A DNA stretch of 64,000 nt from Flaccisagitta enflata (GCA_965153355.1 OZ231126.1:31496001-31560000); one strand, 5' to 3'. Shown: positions 17,371 through 32,046, numbered from the stretch's first letter. Translations and numbers: made by a program. Notes: generated by a model from the letters alone, not told the origin.

Positions 17371-18253
17371 TCACACAGAAATATCGATTTTTAAAAAATT
17401 TGAAAAAATATCCATTATGTAGCTAGTTCTGGGTCCGTAGGCCTAGGTATCTCACATGACATAAAGTTGGCAACACAGCTAGTATTTTTGCCAAAATTCC
17501 GCCATACCAATGTCACGTTTTTTTTTTTCCCTCGGTATGACTAAGCGTGACCACTTTGTGACACACTTGGTCATGTAGCCAAGACCAACTTCTTTATGTA
17601 TCAAATGACCAAAAACTCGCCAAACCCCGCCAAATTTGTCCAGCTGTAATTTTGTAAAAATATTACTCTCAAATTCCACTATCCACATTATTGAATTAAC
17701 AAAAAATAATACTATATCACATTTTCTCAGATTTCTTTCATCATTTTCAAAATCGTTGATGAATTTTGAGTTCATTCATATGCATAACTCCTAGTTTTTC
17801 GATGATTTTATATTTTTTTTTCAGCTTCTTTGTGAAAAGGTCAATAATCACCATTTTTATATTTAGCTATCATTAGCTATGAATTTATTAGTAATGGTGA
17901 AAAAATAAAACTGTTTTCCAGGCTCAATTTATGTCTACTTTCCCTAGAAAAAAACCGCTCATCGCTAGACAGTGTTTGAAAATTTGAGATTCACAACTTT
18001 TATGACCCCCCTGAAAAACAGTGTGCTCAAATGAGGCTCCTAAGACCAAAAATCTGGCATCTCAGACCTCAAATCAGACCCGTTGGTCAACAAACAGAAA
18101 ATGGAAACTGGAGAAAATTGCCCTATGTGGAATCATAGGTCATTGGCCCCTACGGGCCGCTGCCCCTCTCACCGTCTCATCCTTACATACACCAGCAGAG
18201 GGGCATCGGGTACCGCTGACCATGTAACGCTTTTGCGACTATATTTCGTCTTC

Positions 18254-18308
<55 letters not shown>

Positions 18309-18309
<1 letters not shown>

Positions 18310-18961
18310 TTTTGGGCAGCGGCTCCGAAGGGGCCGATGACCTATGCTTTCACACAGGAGAAATTTCTCCTCTCCGTACCCCCCTTGGCCTTCACGCCCA
18401 AAATCAGCCTCTAGGCCCAAATGCAAGCCTCAAGGCCCAAAACCAAACCTCAAGGCCCAAATCCCAGTCTCAAGGCCCAAATCCCAGCATTGAGGCCTAA
18501 ATCCCAGCCTTGAGGCCCAAATCCCAGCCTTGAGGCCCAAATCCCAGCCTCAAGGCCCAGATCCCAGCCTCAAGGCCCAAATCCTAGCCTGTAGGCCCAA
18601 ATTCCAGCCTCTAGGCCCAAATTCCGGCCCCCAGGCTCAAATCCAAGTCTTGAGGCACAAATCCTAGCCTCAAGGCTCAAACCCCAACCTCGAGGCTCAA
18701 ATCCCAGTCTCAAGGCTCAAATTTCAGCCACGAGGCTCAAATCCCAGTCTCAAGGCTCAAATTTCAGCCACGAGGCTCAAATCCCCGCCTCTAAGCTCAA
18801 ATCCCAGCTTCAAGGCCCCAATTCCAGCCTCCAGGCTCAAATAAAAACAGCATAGGTCATCGGCTCCTTCGGGGCCGCTGCCCCTCTCACCACCTCACAC
18901 CCTCATACACTCACATAGGGGCAACGGGTACCGCTGACCATCTAACGCTTTTGCGACTATT
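18309..18961 (+). mobile_element. HINE-like family B element with 20-bp tandem core
   Basis: TTTTGGGCAGCGGCTCC ... (AAATCCCAGCCTCAAGGCCC)n ... GGGGCCGCTGCCC ... GGGCAACGGGTACCGCTGACCATCTAACGCTTTTGCGACT. Confidence 0.75.
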
Positions 18962-19079
18962 TTCCTTTTCTTCCAATTTTTTCTTTTTCTATTTCTTTTT
19001 CTTCTTCTTCCTCTTTTTCTTCTTGTTCTCCTCCTCCTTCTACTTCTTCTCCTTCTTTTTCTCCTTTTTTTCTAGCTCA

Positions 19080-19208
19080 GTATCAAGCGAGCTTTATTGG
19101 TACAGATGGTACAAATCTGTCTCAAACCTACAAGGCTTTCTCGGACGTCCAACGTGTGAGCAACTGGTAGATAAAAGAGTTGCCAATTTCGATAAAAAGA
19201 GTTCGTGA
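19080..19208 (+). mobile_element. Possible 5'-truncated LINE 3' fragment
   Basis: YRWYKSVSNLQGFLGRPTCEQLVDKRVANF resembles the LINE C-terminus at 49800-49900 (YNRWESVRSLRESFGYSSLTELFAKARKRF). Confidence 0.35.
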
Positions 19209-19654
19209 TTCCGAGGCAAATGACCTCGCTTGTGCCTTACTCTCCTAAGTCCTGATTTGATCTGATCGGAGGTATGTTGCTCTTTTGATTTGATCACGCC
19301 ATTGCCTTGCTCTTTTGTTTGTTTGTTTTTTTCTTTCGCTTTGTAATTTGCGTATCTTTTAATCTTACAACGCTTGAATATTGTACGCGCTTTACTTGAT
19401 GTGTGAATAAATCCATTATAATGAAGACAGAGCATTCCCGAAATCAAACATTACCGCGCACGAACTGAATAGAGAGGTAAATCAATGGATCAATCTAGAA
19501 AAAAATGTAAACCTAATTTTATGATGGTTTTAAGAAGTTATTTGAAAAAAAAAATTGTTAAAACGAATTGTTTGTTTGCTAATCTTTTTTTTCATAGATT
19601 AAGAGGATTTTTATACTGTTTGTAAATGAATGAAATATTCTATTTGAAATATCA

Positions 19655-20050
19655 AAGATGAAAAATGAAAAAATGGTTAGAATGAAATAAAGTGTGAAAA
19701 TAAAGGAGACTAAAAAGAGGAAAAAAGAATGAAAAATGAAAAAGAATGAAAAATGAAAGTACAAAATTAAAAATGAAGAATAAAAAATGAAAAATAAAAA
19801 ATAAAAAATAAAAAATAAAAAATAAAAAATAAAAAATGAAAAATGAAAAATGAAAAATGAAAAATGAAAAATGAAGAATAAAAATGAAAAGTGAAAAATA
19901 AAATGTAAAATATGAAATTTGAAATTTGAAATGTAAAATATAAAAACTGAAAAGTGAAAAATAAAAAACAAAAAATCTTAAAAAGCCTAAAGTTAGAAAA
20001 AAAACCATAGAAAGAAAAATGAAAAATGGAAAAATAAAAGTGAAAAATGT
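19655..20050. repeat. A-rich 7-bp tandem repeat (AAAAATG/AAAAAAT)
   Basis: Visible directly. Confidence 0.9.
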
Positions 20051-20066
20051 CTTCATGGTGGTAACT

Positions 20067-20229
20067 GTTTTTAGTCGCGGACACGCGACTCTACACCTTG
20101 CCCTGTCGGTTGGTAGGTTGGTCGGTAGGTCGGTTGGTAGGACACATTTTTGAATTCCGAGCGGTTTTTTGCTTTACTGCAACTGCCCAACCGTTCGCGA
20201 CTGGATTGCCGTGTATCCGGCCTTGTTTT
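20067..20229 (+). mobile_element. HINE-like family A element (representative copy)
   Basis: TTTTTAGTCGCGGACACGCGACT hairpin, (GGTC/GGTT)n, 3' GCCGTGTATCCGGCCTTGTT hairpin. Related copies near 7893, 14820, 22215, 22665, 32887, 35853, 39694, 49008, 52085, 54784 and 63415. Confidence 0.7.
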
Positions 20230-22435
20230 CATAAAACATAAAAACAAAACAAAGCAAGAAACAGCTATCAAAAACCTGGGGATACATTTTTTCCAGGTCT
20301 AGTTGGGTTATCTGCTTAATTCCCATCACTAAAAAAACTGAATGATATGCTTTTAAAAAATTCATTTTGCTTGCCATTCATTTTTCATTCATTCATTTGT
20401 GCGTCTATTAGTTGATTCATTCGTTCATTCATTCATTCATTCATTCATTCATTCATTCATTCATTCATTCATTCATCAATTCATTCATTCATTCATTTAT
20501 TCATTCATTCATTCATTCATTTATACATTCATTCATTCATTCATTCAAAACTCGCAAGTTCTTGATTATGAATTGGCCGTAATTTGACCTGTTTATCATA
20601 AGAAATTCTTTTTCTTCTCTCCTTCAGAATAAGCTATCCGTTCATTAAATACATTTCAATGATCCTTTACGATCGACTTTTTTCGTTGTTAATGAATCTC
20701 ACTATTTCTTTATCAAACAGCTAAAAAATTCAATACACATCGTTGGTGGAGTGGATCTTTTTAGCCAGTCATGAACGAGATTTCTATGGTCCTCTATGAG
20801 CCCTTTTTAAAATGTATTCTATTAGCTCAACCGTTTATGCCTAGACTTTTTCTTTGCTGTTCATGAACAGCAACATAGCATCGTTCATTAACAAGTAAAA
20901 AAACCCACTCCACCAACAAAATCGTGGGTTTTTTTACCTGTTCAGCAACGACTTTTTTTACCCCTCAATGAACGGTTGTTCATGAACATGTTTTTTTGGG
21001 CCCTCCATGAACAAAATCGTTTGCCAAGAGCCTCTTTTTACTCCTTCATGAACCGCTGTATGGCATTGTTCATCAACATGCTTTCATTCACCGTTGATGA
21101 ACACCCCCAAATTCGCTGGCGGACTATCTCCTAATATAGGTCTCAGAGGTCTAATTTGGACTTAGCTTGGCTTGATTTTAGGTCTGGGAAGCCTGATCTG
21201 AGGCTGGGGGGATGGAAGGATGGATGGACAGAAAACGGAGAAAATTGGCCCATGTGGAATCATAGGTCATTGGCCCCTCCGGGGCAGCGGCTCAAAAAAG
21301 CAAGGGTCATTTTTGACAAATATGCTCTACTTTGGATATAAAATCGAATTTTGCTAGAAAACTTTCACCGACCTTCCATAGAAACGTTTTCGTAATATTT
21401 TGGATTTTCATATGCAAATAGGGATAAAATGAAACCAAATAGAGCCAATGTCTTTGATAGTTCACCTTGTTATTTTGATAAATTCTTAATGGTTCGGAGA
21501 AAAGACTTGTTATTGGTCCCGTTTAAAAAATATCTAATCGTAGAATATGAAAATGGAAGAACAAACCATGGGGGCCCTTGAAGGACCCTTTAGGGGCCTA
21601 TCAAGGGCCCCAAAAGGGGCAAAATAGCTTAACTGGACTAAAATCACGAGTTTTTCTTCGTTCTCTCTGCTTCTCAATTGTTGAAGTTGTAAATATACAT
21701 ATATATTACTATCATCTAGTGTGGGAGACAAGGCAAACAATGTCAGGGGCCCCTGGGGGACCCATCAAGGGAGCCCCAGGGCACTAAGAACGCTGAAAAT
21801 GGTTGAACTGAATAATATCTTGGCATCATCGACATATTTTTTCTTAACTGAAGGAGTCTTGATCTGCGTACTATACTATACTGTTTGTGGACTGATTAAG
21901 GAAACAAATGATTCAATTCATTTATTCATTCATTTATTCATTCATTCATTCATTCATTCATTCATTCATTCATTCATTTAAAAGTTATCGGTACCGCGGC
22001 TCACACCTTTACTCAAGACTTGCAGCTTGACATTGATTAAACTTTTTTTTTTTCAGATTATTATTATTGTTTTTCTTTTTTTTTTGTTTATATTCTTTAA
22101 AATGATTTGTAGCGTGACATATGTCCACTTGTCGACTGAAAATCAAAATCATTGTCCCTCTACACAGCTCTTGTATTTATTTTCATTTGGAAGACATGTG
22201 AAAAATAGGCGCTTATTTTTAGTCGCAGGCATGCGACTCTACACTATACTGTGTCGGTTGGTAGGTCCGTCTGTCCGTCCGTCCATCCGTCATATTTTTG
22301 AATTCCGGGCGGTTTTCGCATTACTGCTCCTGCCCAACTGTCCGCGGGTTTACAAAAAAGAAATTAAATGCATTTGTAATGATGGTGGGCCAATTTGGCA
22401 ATGGCGGGCTGGCTTACAAGGAAGAATTAAGTGTA

Positions 22436-22612
22436 CAGTTAAGCCCCGCAATAACGGATGTCAAGGGACCAACAAATTGTATCCACTAATGGCGGATTTC
22501 CCTTATAGCCAACATAGAAATTAAAAGAAATTGATATCAAGGGACTAAGTTCTTAGATTTGTTATAGGCGGATTTCCGTTACTCTTGGATCCGTTATAGC
22601 GGGGTTTAACTG
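22436..22612. mobile_element. Tc1/mariner-type MITE
   Basis: TIR CAGTTAAGCCCCGC / GCGGGGTTTAACTG with TA on both sides; splits a satellite monomer; partial copy at 48533-48583. Confidence 0.85.
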
Positions 22613-24170
22613 TATTTGCAATGATGGCGGGTTGAGTTAGCAATGGCAGGCTGGTTCACGAGAAAACAAGGCCGTAAACACAGCTACTGATGTCGCGTGC
22701 GGGTGAGCAGGGGCTAACCAAGCATTAGGGCAGGAGCAGTAATGCAAAAATGCCAATATCGCCAAAAAAGCAAGGTGTTATCAACCGAAGGTCCAACCAT
22801 TGGACTTACCCACAGTCATAGCGGATAGTAGAGTCGCGAGATTGCGACTAAAAATCAAATGCATTTGTAATGATGGTGGGCCAATATGGCAATGGCGGGC
22901 TGGGTAACAAGAAAGAAAGAAGCGCATTTGTAATGATGGCGGGCTGAGTAAGCAATGGCGGACTGGTTCACAAGAAAAAAATCAAATGCATTTGTAATGA
23001 TGGTGGGCCAATTTGGCAATGGCGGGCTGGCTTACCAGAAAGAATGAAGTGCATTTGTAATGATGGCGGGCTGAGTTAGCAATGGCAGGCTGAGTAAAAA
23101 GAAAGAATGAAGTGCATTTGTAATGATGGCTGGTTGAGTTAGCAATGGCGGGCTGGTTCACAAGAAAAAAATTAAATGCATTTGTAATGATGGTGGGCCA
23201 ATTTGGCAATGGCAATGGCGGGCTGGCTTACGAGAAAGAATGAAGTGCATTTGTAATGATGGCGGGCTGGGTAACAAGAATACAATCACATGCATTTGTA
23301 ATGATGGTTGGCCTTTTTGGCAATGGCGGGCTGGCATACAAGAATGAATAAAGTGCATTTGTAATGATGGCGAACTGAGCTACCAATGGCGGGCTGGTTC
23401 ACAAGAAAGGAATCAAATGCATTTGTAATGATGGTTGCCCTATTTGGCAATGGCGGGCTGGCTTACAAGAAAGAATGAAGTGCATTTTTTATGATATCGG
23501 GCTAGTTTTGCAATGGCGGGCTGGTTTACAACAAATAGATGAAATGCATTTGTAATGATGGTGGGCAAATTTCGCAATGGCGGGCTGGCTCACGAGAAAG
23601 AATGAAGTTCATTTGTAAAGATGGCGGGCTGAGTTAGCAATGGCGGGCTGGGTAACAAGAAAAGAATCAAATGCACTTGTAATGATGATTGGCCAGTTTA
23701 GCAATGGCGGGCTCGCTCACAAAAAAAGACTCGAATGTATTCTCAATTATGGCAGGCTGGTTAAGCAATGGCGGGCTGGGGAACAAGAAAAGAATCTCAG
23801 GTATTTTCAATGATGGTTGGCCAGTTTAGCAATGACGGGCTCGCTCACAAGAAAAGACTTGAATGTATTCTCAATGATGGCGGGCTGGTTTAGCAATGGC
23901 GGGCTGAGGAACAAGGAAAGAATCTCAGGTATTTTCAATGATGGTTGGCCAGTTTAGCAATGGCGGGCTCGCTCACAAAAAAAGACTTGAATGTATTCTT
24001 AATGATTGCTGGCTGGTTTAGCAATGGCGGACTGGCTGACAAGAAAGAATGAAGTGCATTTGTGATGATGGCAGGCTGAGTTAGCAATGGTGGGCTGGTT
24101 CACAAGAAAAAAATTGAATGCATTTGTAATGATGGTGGGCTAATTTGGCAATGGCGGGCTGGGTTACAAG

Positions 24171-24731
<561 letters not shown>

Positions 24732-27700
24732 GTTACAAGAGTGAATTGAATGCATTTGTAATGAGGGCAGGCTGGTTCAGCAATGGCAGGCTGGGGAACA
24801 AGAAAAGAATCTCAGGTATTTTTAATGATGGTTGGCCAGTTTAGCAATGGCGGGCTTTCTTACAAGAAAAGAATTGATTGTATTCTCAATGATGGCAGTC
24901 TGGTTTAGCAATGGCGGGCTGGCTGACAAGAAAGAATGAAGTGCATTTCTCAATGATGGCGGGCTGGTTCAGTAAAGGCGGGCTGGTTCACAAGAAAACA
25001 ATTGAATGCATTTGTAATGATGGCTGGCCAGTTTAGCAATGGCGGGCTCGCTCACAAGAAAAGAATTGATTGTATTCTCAATTATGGCGGGCTCAGTTAT
25101 TTTCAATGATGGTTGGCCAGTTTAGCGATGGCGGGCTCGCTCAAATGAAATGACTTGAATTTATTTTCAATGATGGCGGGCTGGTTTAGCAATGGCGGGC
25201 TGGCTGATAAGAAAGAATGAAGTACATTTGTGTTGATGGCGGGCTGAGTTAGCAATGGCGGGCTGGTTTACAAGAAAAAAATTGAATGCATTTGTAATGA
25301 TGGTGGGCCAATTTGGCAATGGCGGGCTGGGGAACAAGAGTGAACTGAATGCATTTGTAATAGTGGCGGGCTGGTTTAGCAATGGTGGGCTGGGGAACAA
25401 GAAAAGAATCGCAGGTATTTTCAATAATGGTGGGCCAGTTTAGCAATGGCGGGCTGGCTCACAAGAAAAGAATTGAATGTACTCTCAATGATGGCGGGCT
25501 GGTTTAGCAATGGCGGGCTGGCTGACAAGAAAGAATGAAGTGCATTTGTGTTGATGGTGGGCTGAGTTAGCAATGGCGGGCTGGTTCACAAGAAAAAAAT
25601 TGAATGCATTTGTAATGATGGTGGGCCAATTTGGCAATGGCGGGCTGGCTTACAAGAGTGAACTGAATGCATTTGTAATAATGGCGGGCTGGTTTAGCAA
25701 TGGCGGGCTGGCTCACAAGAAAAGAATTGAATGTTTTCTCAATGATGGCGGACTGGTTTAGTAATGGCGGGCTGGCTGACAAGAAAGAATGAAGTGCATT
25801 TGTGTTGATGGCGGGCTGAGTTAGCAATGGCGGGCTGGTTCACAAGAAAAAAATTGAATGCATTTGTAATGATGGTGGGCCAATTTGGCAATGGCGGGCT
25901 GGCTTACAAGAGTGAACTGAATGCATTTGTAATAATGGCGGGCTGGTTTAGCAATGGCGGGCTGGGGAACAAGAAAAGAATCGCAGGTATTTTCAATGAT
26001 GGTGGGCCAGTTTAGCAATGGCGGGCTGGCTCACAAGAAAAGAATTGAATGTTTTCTCAATGATGGCGGGCTGGTTTAGCAATGGCGGGCTGGCTGACAA
26101 GAAAGAATGAAGTGCATTTGTGTTGATGGTGGGCTGAGTTAGCAATGGCGGGCTGGTTCACAAGAAAAAAATTGAATGCATTTGTAATGATGGTGGGCCA
26201 ATTTGGCAATGGCAGGCTTCAACACAGGGTGAACTGAATGCATTTTGTAATAATGGCGGGCTGGTTTAGCAATGGCGGGCTGGGGAACAAGAAAAGAATC
26301 GAGTATTTTCAATGATGGTGGGCCAGTTTAGCAATGGCAGGCTGGCTCACAAGAAAGAAGTGAATGTTTTCTCAATGATGGCAGGCTGGTTTAGCAATGG
26401 CGGGCTGGCTGACAAGAAGAATAAGTGCATTTGCGTTGATGGGCTGAGTTAGCAATGGCGGGCTGGTTCACAAGAAAAAAATTGAATGCATTTGTAATGA
26501 TGGTGGGCCAATTTAGCAATGGCGGGCAACACAGAGTGAACAGATGCATTTGTAATAATGGCGGGCTGGTTTTATCAATTGCGGGCTGGGGAACAAGAAA
26601 AGAATGCAGGTATTTTCAATGATGGTGGGCCAGTTTAGCAATGGCGGGCTGGCTCACAAGAAAAGAATTGAATGTTTTCTCAATGATGGCGGGCTGGTTT
26701 AGCAATGGCGGGCTGGCTGACAAGAAAGAATGAAGTGCATTTGTGTTGATGGCGGGCTGAGTTAGCAATGGCGGGCTGGTTCACAAGAAAAAAATTGAAT
26801 GCATTTGTAATGATGGTGGGCCAATTTGGCAATGGCGGGCTGGCTTACAAGAGTGAACTGAATGCATTTGTAATAATGGCGGGCTGGTTTAGCAATGGTG
26901 GGCTGGGGAACAAGAAAAGAATCGCAGGTATTTTCAATGATGGTGGGCCAGTTTAGCAATGGCGGGCTGGCTCACAAGAAAAGAATTGAATGTTTTCTCA
27001 ATGATGGCGGGCTGGTTTAGCAATGGCGGGCTGGCTGACAAGAAAGAATGAAGTGCATTTGTGTTGATGGCGGGCTGAGTTAGCAATGGCGGGCTGGTTC
27101 ACAAGAAAAAAATTGAATGCATTTGTAATGACGGTGGGCCAATTTGGCAATGGCGGGCTGGCTTACAAGGGTGAACTGAATGCATTTGTAATAATGGCGG
27201 GCTGGTTTAGCAATGGCGGGCTGGGGAACAAGAAAAGAATCGCAGGTATTTTCAATGATGGTGGGCCAGTTTAGCAATGGCGGGCTGACTCATGTTTTCT
27301 CAATGATGGCGGGCTGGTTTAGCAATGGCGGGCTACAGAACAGCTTTTAGCAAATTGTTCTTTTTTGTTTCTTTCAAATGAATGGCGGGCTGGCAATGGC
27401 GGGCTGAATTACCCTTACCAAAGGATAACTGGATAATCTTGACGTCGATGTTTAATTATTGGTACGGCAAAAGACCTCTCAGCAATTCACTACCAACACA
27501 CTAACTGTTATGCTTATCACACCTGATCATCAAAATGAGGTAATCAAATATCAAGCAAAGTATTGCAAAATGTGTAAGCAATCAAATCGTAATCTGTCTA
27601 CAGTATTTGCTGAGATTGAAAGGAAGCTAATACTTGTACATCAAACGTCAGTTACCAAATGAAAAATGTAAGTAACCATCCCATCCTTTAAGTAGTAAAA

Positions 27701-29197
27701 TAGCTAAAAGTATTCCTGTTTATAAAACTAACAATGACGTCATACGCTAATAAGCTATAAATATACGGGAATCATCATCATATAAAAGCTACTGATAGAC
27801 TACAAAAGATCCGTCACTTAAGTACGTAAATAGCTATAGGCAAACTAGGGACATCTTGAAACAGGACTATGCAACATGATCATTCAACTATGCATCCATG
27901 TGATACTACAGTTCATGGAAATATGGATGCGGAAATTGGACTACTACAGGGATTCACCCTTACTAGAAAGCAGTCCCTGCGCACAGATTCCTCACAAAAA
28001 GGGACCACTTTTATCAAGTTACACAATTTCCAATTTCTGGATCATTACTAAAAGTGAAAATATCATTTTTTCAACATACTAAAGTTTTTACAAAAAATCA
28101 CTATATTTTTACACATCAGCACAAAGTGCGTCCACTTGTGCTTGGATTTTTCCAGAGAATAAAAGAGTTAAAAGTTAATGAACTTGGGTCGACTCCATGC
28201 TCAGTTGTCAGAGCTCTTTTTATTCGCCAGGAATCATCGTATCTTCAAAGGCACCCTCTTGCCAAAACCACGCTCGATCAAACTGCATGTTAGACGTATC
28301 CAGATTCGACAGCCATAGGCCATCAGCACTGGCATGCTTCATGACTTAAAAAAGCCGGATAATCAACTCCGACATCTTCCATCTGATACAAGTAACTAAA
28401 CAACGGAAGAATTTGGGATGGACAAGAAAAGGTTGGGCAATGGGGTTGATTGCAAAGATAAGGAATAAGACAACCACAATGCAATGACGGAACCTGAGCC
28501 TAGAATGATGGAACAGGGGATGAAAAGCAGTAATGAGTAGAGATGAAAAAGATAGATCAAGAATTCTCAACTTGCAGAAAAGATGAAAGATCAAGAAAAC
28601 TTGAGAAAATACCGGACATAAAAAGATGAGGATGGGGCACCAAGACACCCCCAAATACTAAAATCACAGGCACTGAGCACTAGATGCCATAGTGCCTGTA
28701 ACTTAGCCTTTTTGTGGTCAACCAAGAGGCTACCAAGGCCTGATGATGTTTGCGACAAAGCTCGCTGCACCGCTTAGGTGTTTTAACACCTCCACGATGT
28801 GTAGTTTCCGGATTCGACAGCCTAAGGCCATCAGCACCGGCGTGCTTCTTGACTTGATAGAGGGCATGCTGTAAAGTTCGACAGTCGATGACCATCAACC
28901 CAATACTTTTGAAGCAATGCCAGAATGTTGAACAATGTAGACTTGAACTTTACTGCGTGACTTGCATGAGATTCAATTCCCCTCAATCGATACTTGCTCC
29001 TCTCAGCGGGCCTCCTCCACTTACGGCCGATAGTGGATGAGTCATTCGTCCAAACTTGCTCTCTTGATCAGTGTCATTCATACACCAACTGAGTGGTCTT
29101 GATCCATGGAAGGAAATTTACTTGCTCTTGCCGGTAACGATGAATTTGCCAAATCATGTTAATGAATTATTATTGTTCAATGTCTAGAAGCACCCAG

Positions 29198-29558
29198 ACC
29201 TCCTCCATTGCAGCAGCAACTGGCGGCACCTCTTCCATCGCAGCAGCAACTGGTGGCAATTCCTCCATTGCAGCAGCGACTGGTGGCACCTCCTCCATCA
29301 CAGCAGCAACTGGCGGCACCCTCTCCATCGCAGCAGCAAGTGGCGGCACCTTCTCCATCGCAGCAGCAGTTGGCGGCACCTCCTCCATCGCAGCAGCAGT
29401 TGGCGGCACCTCCTCCATCGCAGCAGCATTTGGCGGCACCTCCTCCATCGCAGCAGCAATTGGCGGCACCTCCTCCATCGCAGCAGCAACTGGCAGCACC
29501 TCCTCCATCGCAGCAGCAACTGGCGGCACCTCTATCGCAGCAGCAACTGGCGGCACCC
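29198..29558. repeat. 30-bp minisatellite (CAGCAGCAACTGGCGGCACCTCCTCCATCG), ~12 copies
   Basis: Visible directly; open in several frames. Confidence 0.95.
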
Positions 29559-29566
29559 ATTGAGAA

Positions 29567-30049
29567 TTAGTAATAGTCTCCATCATCATCATAGTGGTCA
29601 TCGTACTGGTCATCGTAGGCGTCATAGTGGGCATCATCATACGCGTCATCGAAAGAAGTTGGGCTGTCACAGGCATCTCCATCATATGCATCTGAGGAGT
29701 TTCCATCACTTCCATCAACTTCATTGACATCCGCAGGGGGAATTTCATCTGAAAGAGGACTGTCAACGTGAGAAAGACCGTCTGAGTGTTCATCTTCTTC
29801 AGGGATAGACTCTGGACTGTCATCACTCTCTTCCTGTTGATTACGTCTTGAGTAGAGGTATTGAAACTGATTAAAGACACCCAGTCTTGTGGCTCTTAAA
29901 GGGAAGTGGTCAAAGTAATACTGCTTCAATCCTTGAAACACATGTTCCGGTATTTCGATACCAAAATAAGCTGCTGAGTTTCTTATGTCTGCTTCAAGTG
30001 CCTCCCAATTAGAGAAATTCCATTGCAAAGGGGGGGAGGCTTCTGCCAT
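29567..30049 (-). CDS. Hypothetical 160-aa protein with acidic Asp/Tyr-rich tail, inside the LTR-like element
   Basis: ATG in good context (AAAATGG), complex N-terminal ~68 aa, then a D/E/S/Y-rich tail; no recognised homology. Confidence 0.4.
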   Translation of the reverse strand: MAEASPPLQWNFSNWEALEADIRNSAAYFGIEIPEHVFQGLKQYYFDHFPLRATRLGVFNQFQYLYSRRNQQEESDDSPESIPEEDEHSDGLSHVDSPLSDEIPPADVNEVDGSDGNSSDAYDGDACDSPTSFDDAYDDAHYDAYDDQYDDHYDDDGDYY

Positions 30050-32046
30050 TTTGACTGTCTCCGTGTTGAAACCTCACTTGCAAGAGGTTGAAAGAAAGGA
30101 ACTTGCGACTAGATCGCATGCTCTAGTTAAGAACATTTCTTGATGTTGTTGAAGACGAGTTTGTTGTTGAAGACGAGTTCGTTGTTGAAGATGAGTTTGT
30201 TGTTAAAGACGAGTTTGTTGTTGAAGATGAGATTGTTGTTGAATTGTTTTTGTTGCTAGTGCTTATATTGTTGATTGCATTTGCTGTAAAGATTGTGTTG
30301 GTTTTTGTGTTATGTTGTATTTGTTGCTGTATTAGTCCATTGTTGTTGTAAGAGTTATAATTCGAAATGCAATTCATTGCATGGCTAAAAGCAAGTCAAA
30401 CCAGATTTTTGGTTATTTTGATAAAATGGAAGTCATTCTTTCACTCTCAAGTTCCAGTAATGATAAGAATCACCAGTTCATCACCTCCACTAATTGCTGA
30501 AGAGGTCTTAGCCGTATTCTATGATTGTTAGAGTTTGATTCAACTTTGCATCGCCAATCGTAGAGAGGTTGAAAAGAGTTGTAGCAGTCCCTTAATTCCG
30601 TCTTTGCGAAGTAGCACAAGGTCAGCTCCGACCAGCACGCCTCCCAAGTTTGCATACTTGCATCGTCCGAAATGGTTGAACGCCGTGAAAAGGAAGAGAA
30701 AGAGTCTTCGAAGATGTTGTCCTTGATAGATACCGCTTCCATTCCAAGAACGCTGGAAACTTCTAGGAACTTCCACGAACAGCGGCCACTGGCCTAAGGG
30801 CCACTACTGTTTGTAAAGGAGGTGAAAGGAGAGATGAAATAATCCGAGACCAACCGAAAAGCTTAGCTTCCTCTTGAAATCTGCGCGCTCCAAATGGCAA
30901 GTAGGCACATCCAGAGTTCACCGACCAGAACTCTCAATAGGTTTTTCCATAAGGTTCGATCACTTATCGCTTGGTCTTGTGTACTATGTCCTAAAGACTC
31001 GTTGTTGTACTTGACAAAACTCAGGGTCTTGCAAAAAGAGGCAGGGCAAGACTGGTTGACCACCGGAGAGAAGTGGCTCCATGCCAAAGAGAGGCGACTG
31101 GATAGACAGATGTACTTGAGTCTTCTCCCACGGCTGCTTACCATGGGAAGTTTGGCAGATGCGCCATTGTAAACGAAGGTTATTGTTCAGGGTTGTATCG
31201 GTGTTAATGCGACAAATGAGGCACAGTGACTACGGACCTGACTCTTGAGGGATCCAGACTTGTAGTGTCTTGGCTAATTGCCACTGTCCAATGGTGTAGA
31301 CAAGGCATCCATGCTTGTGCCCATCGCGAATGAATCGTGGCAGAATGACTAACTTGCTCAGGCAGCCAACTCCACATCTGTCTCTTGAAAGGGTTTCCTA
31401 ACTTATTGACTTCTTATCTTGAAGAGATGGGAGAAAGGATAACTGGATAATCTTGACGTCGATGTTTAATTATTGGTACGGCAAAAGACCTCTCAGCAAT
31501 TCACTACCAACACACTAACTGTTATGCTTATCACACCTGATCATCAAAATGAGATAATCAAATATCAAGCAAAGTATTGCAAAATGTATGAAATCAAATC
31601 ATCGCAATCTGTCTACAGTATTTGCTGAGATTGAAGATCTAATACTTGTGACATCAAACGTCAGTTACCAAATGAAAAATGTAAGTAACCCATCCCATCC
31701 TTTAAGTAGTAAATTAGCTAAAAGGTATTCCTCTTTATAAAACTACATAATACATATGACGTCATAAGCTAATGAGCTATGAATATACGGAAATCATCAT
31801 CATGTAAAAGCTACTGATAGACTACAAAAGATCCATCACTTAAGTATGTAAATAGCTATAGGCAAGCTAGGGACATTTCGAAACGGGGCTGCTATATGAT
31901 CATTCAACTATGCATCCATGTGATACTACAGTTCTTGGAAATATGGATGCGGAAATTGGACTACTACAGATGGACAAATAGTCCGACGAATCTCATGGAC
32001 AAATAGTCCGACGAATCTCATGGATCTTCATGAGGCACCTCTTTAC

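Larger units (their letters stand above)
27420..31968 (-). mobile_element. LTR-like retroelement, non-autonomous (direct repeats 27420-27948 and 31434-31968)
   Basis: ~530-bp direct repeats ending CTACTACA. The right copy may extend to TGTAGTG at 31261, giving TG..CA ends; the left copy is cut at the satellite terminus. No recognisable gag/pol; orientation is tentative. Confidence 0.7.

Noticed and set aside
13197-17374. Long hydrophobic ORFs (up to 331 aa)
   Set aside because: Products of a stop-poor 10-bp tandem array, open in all frames.
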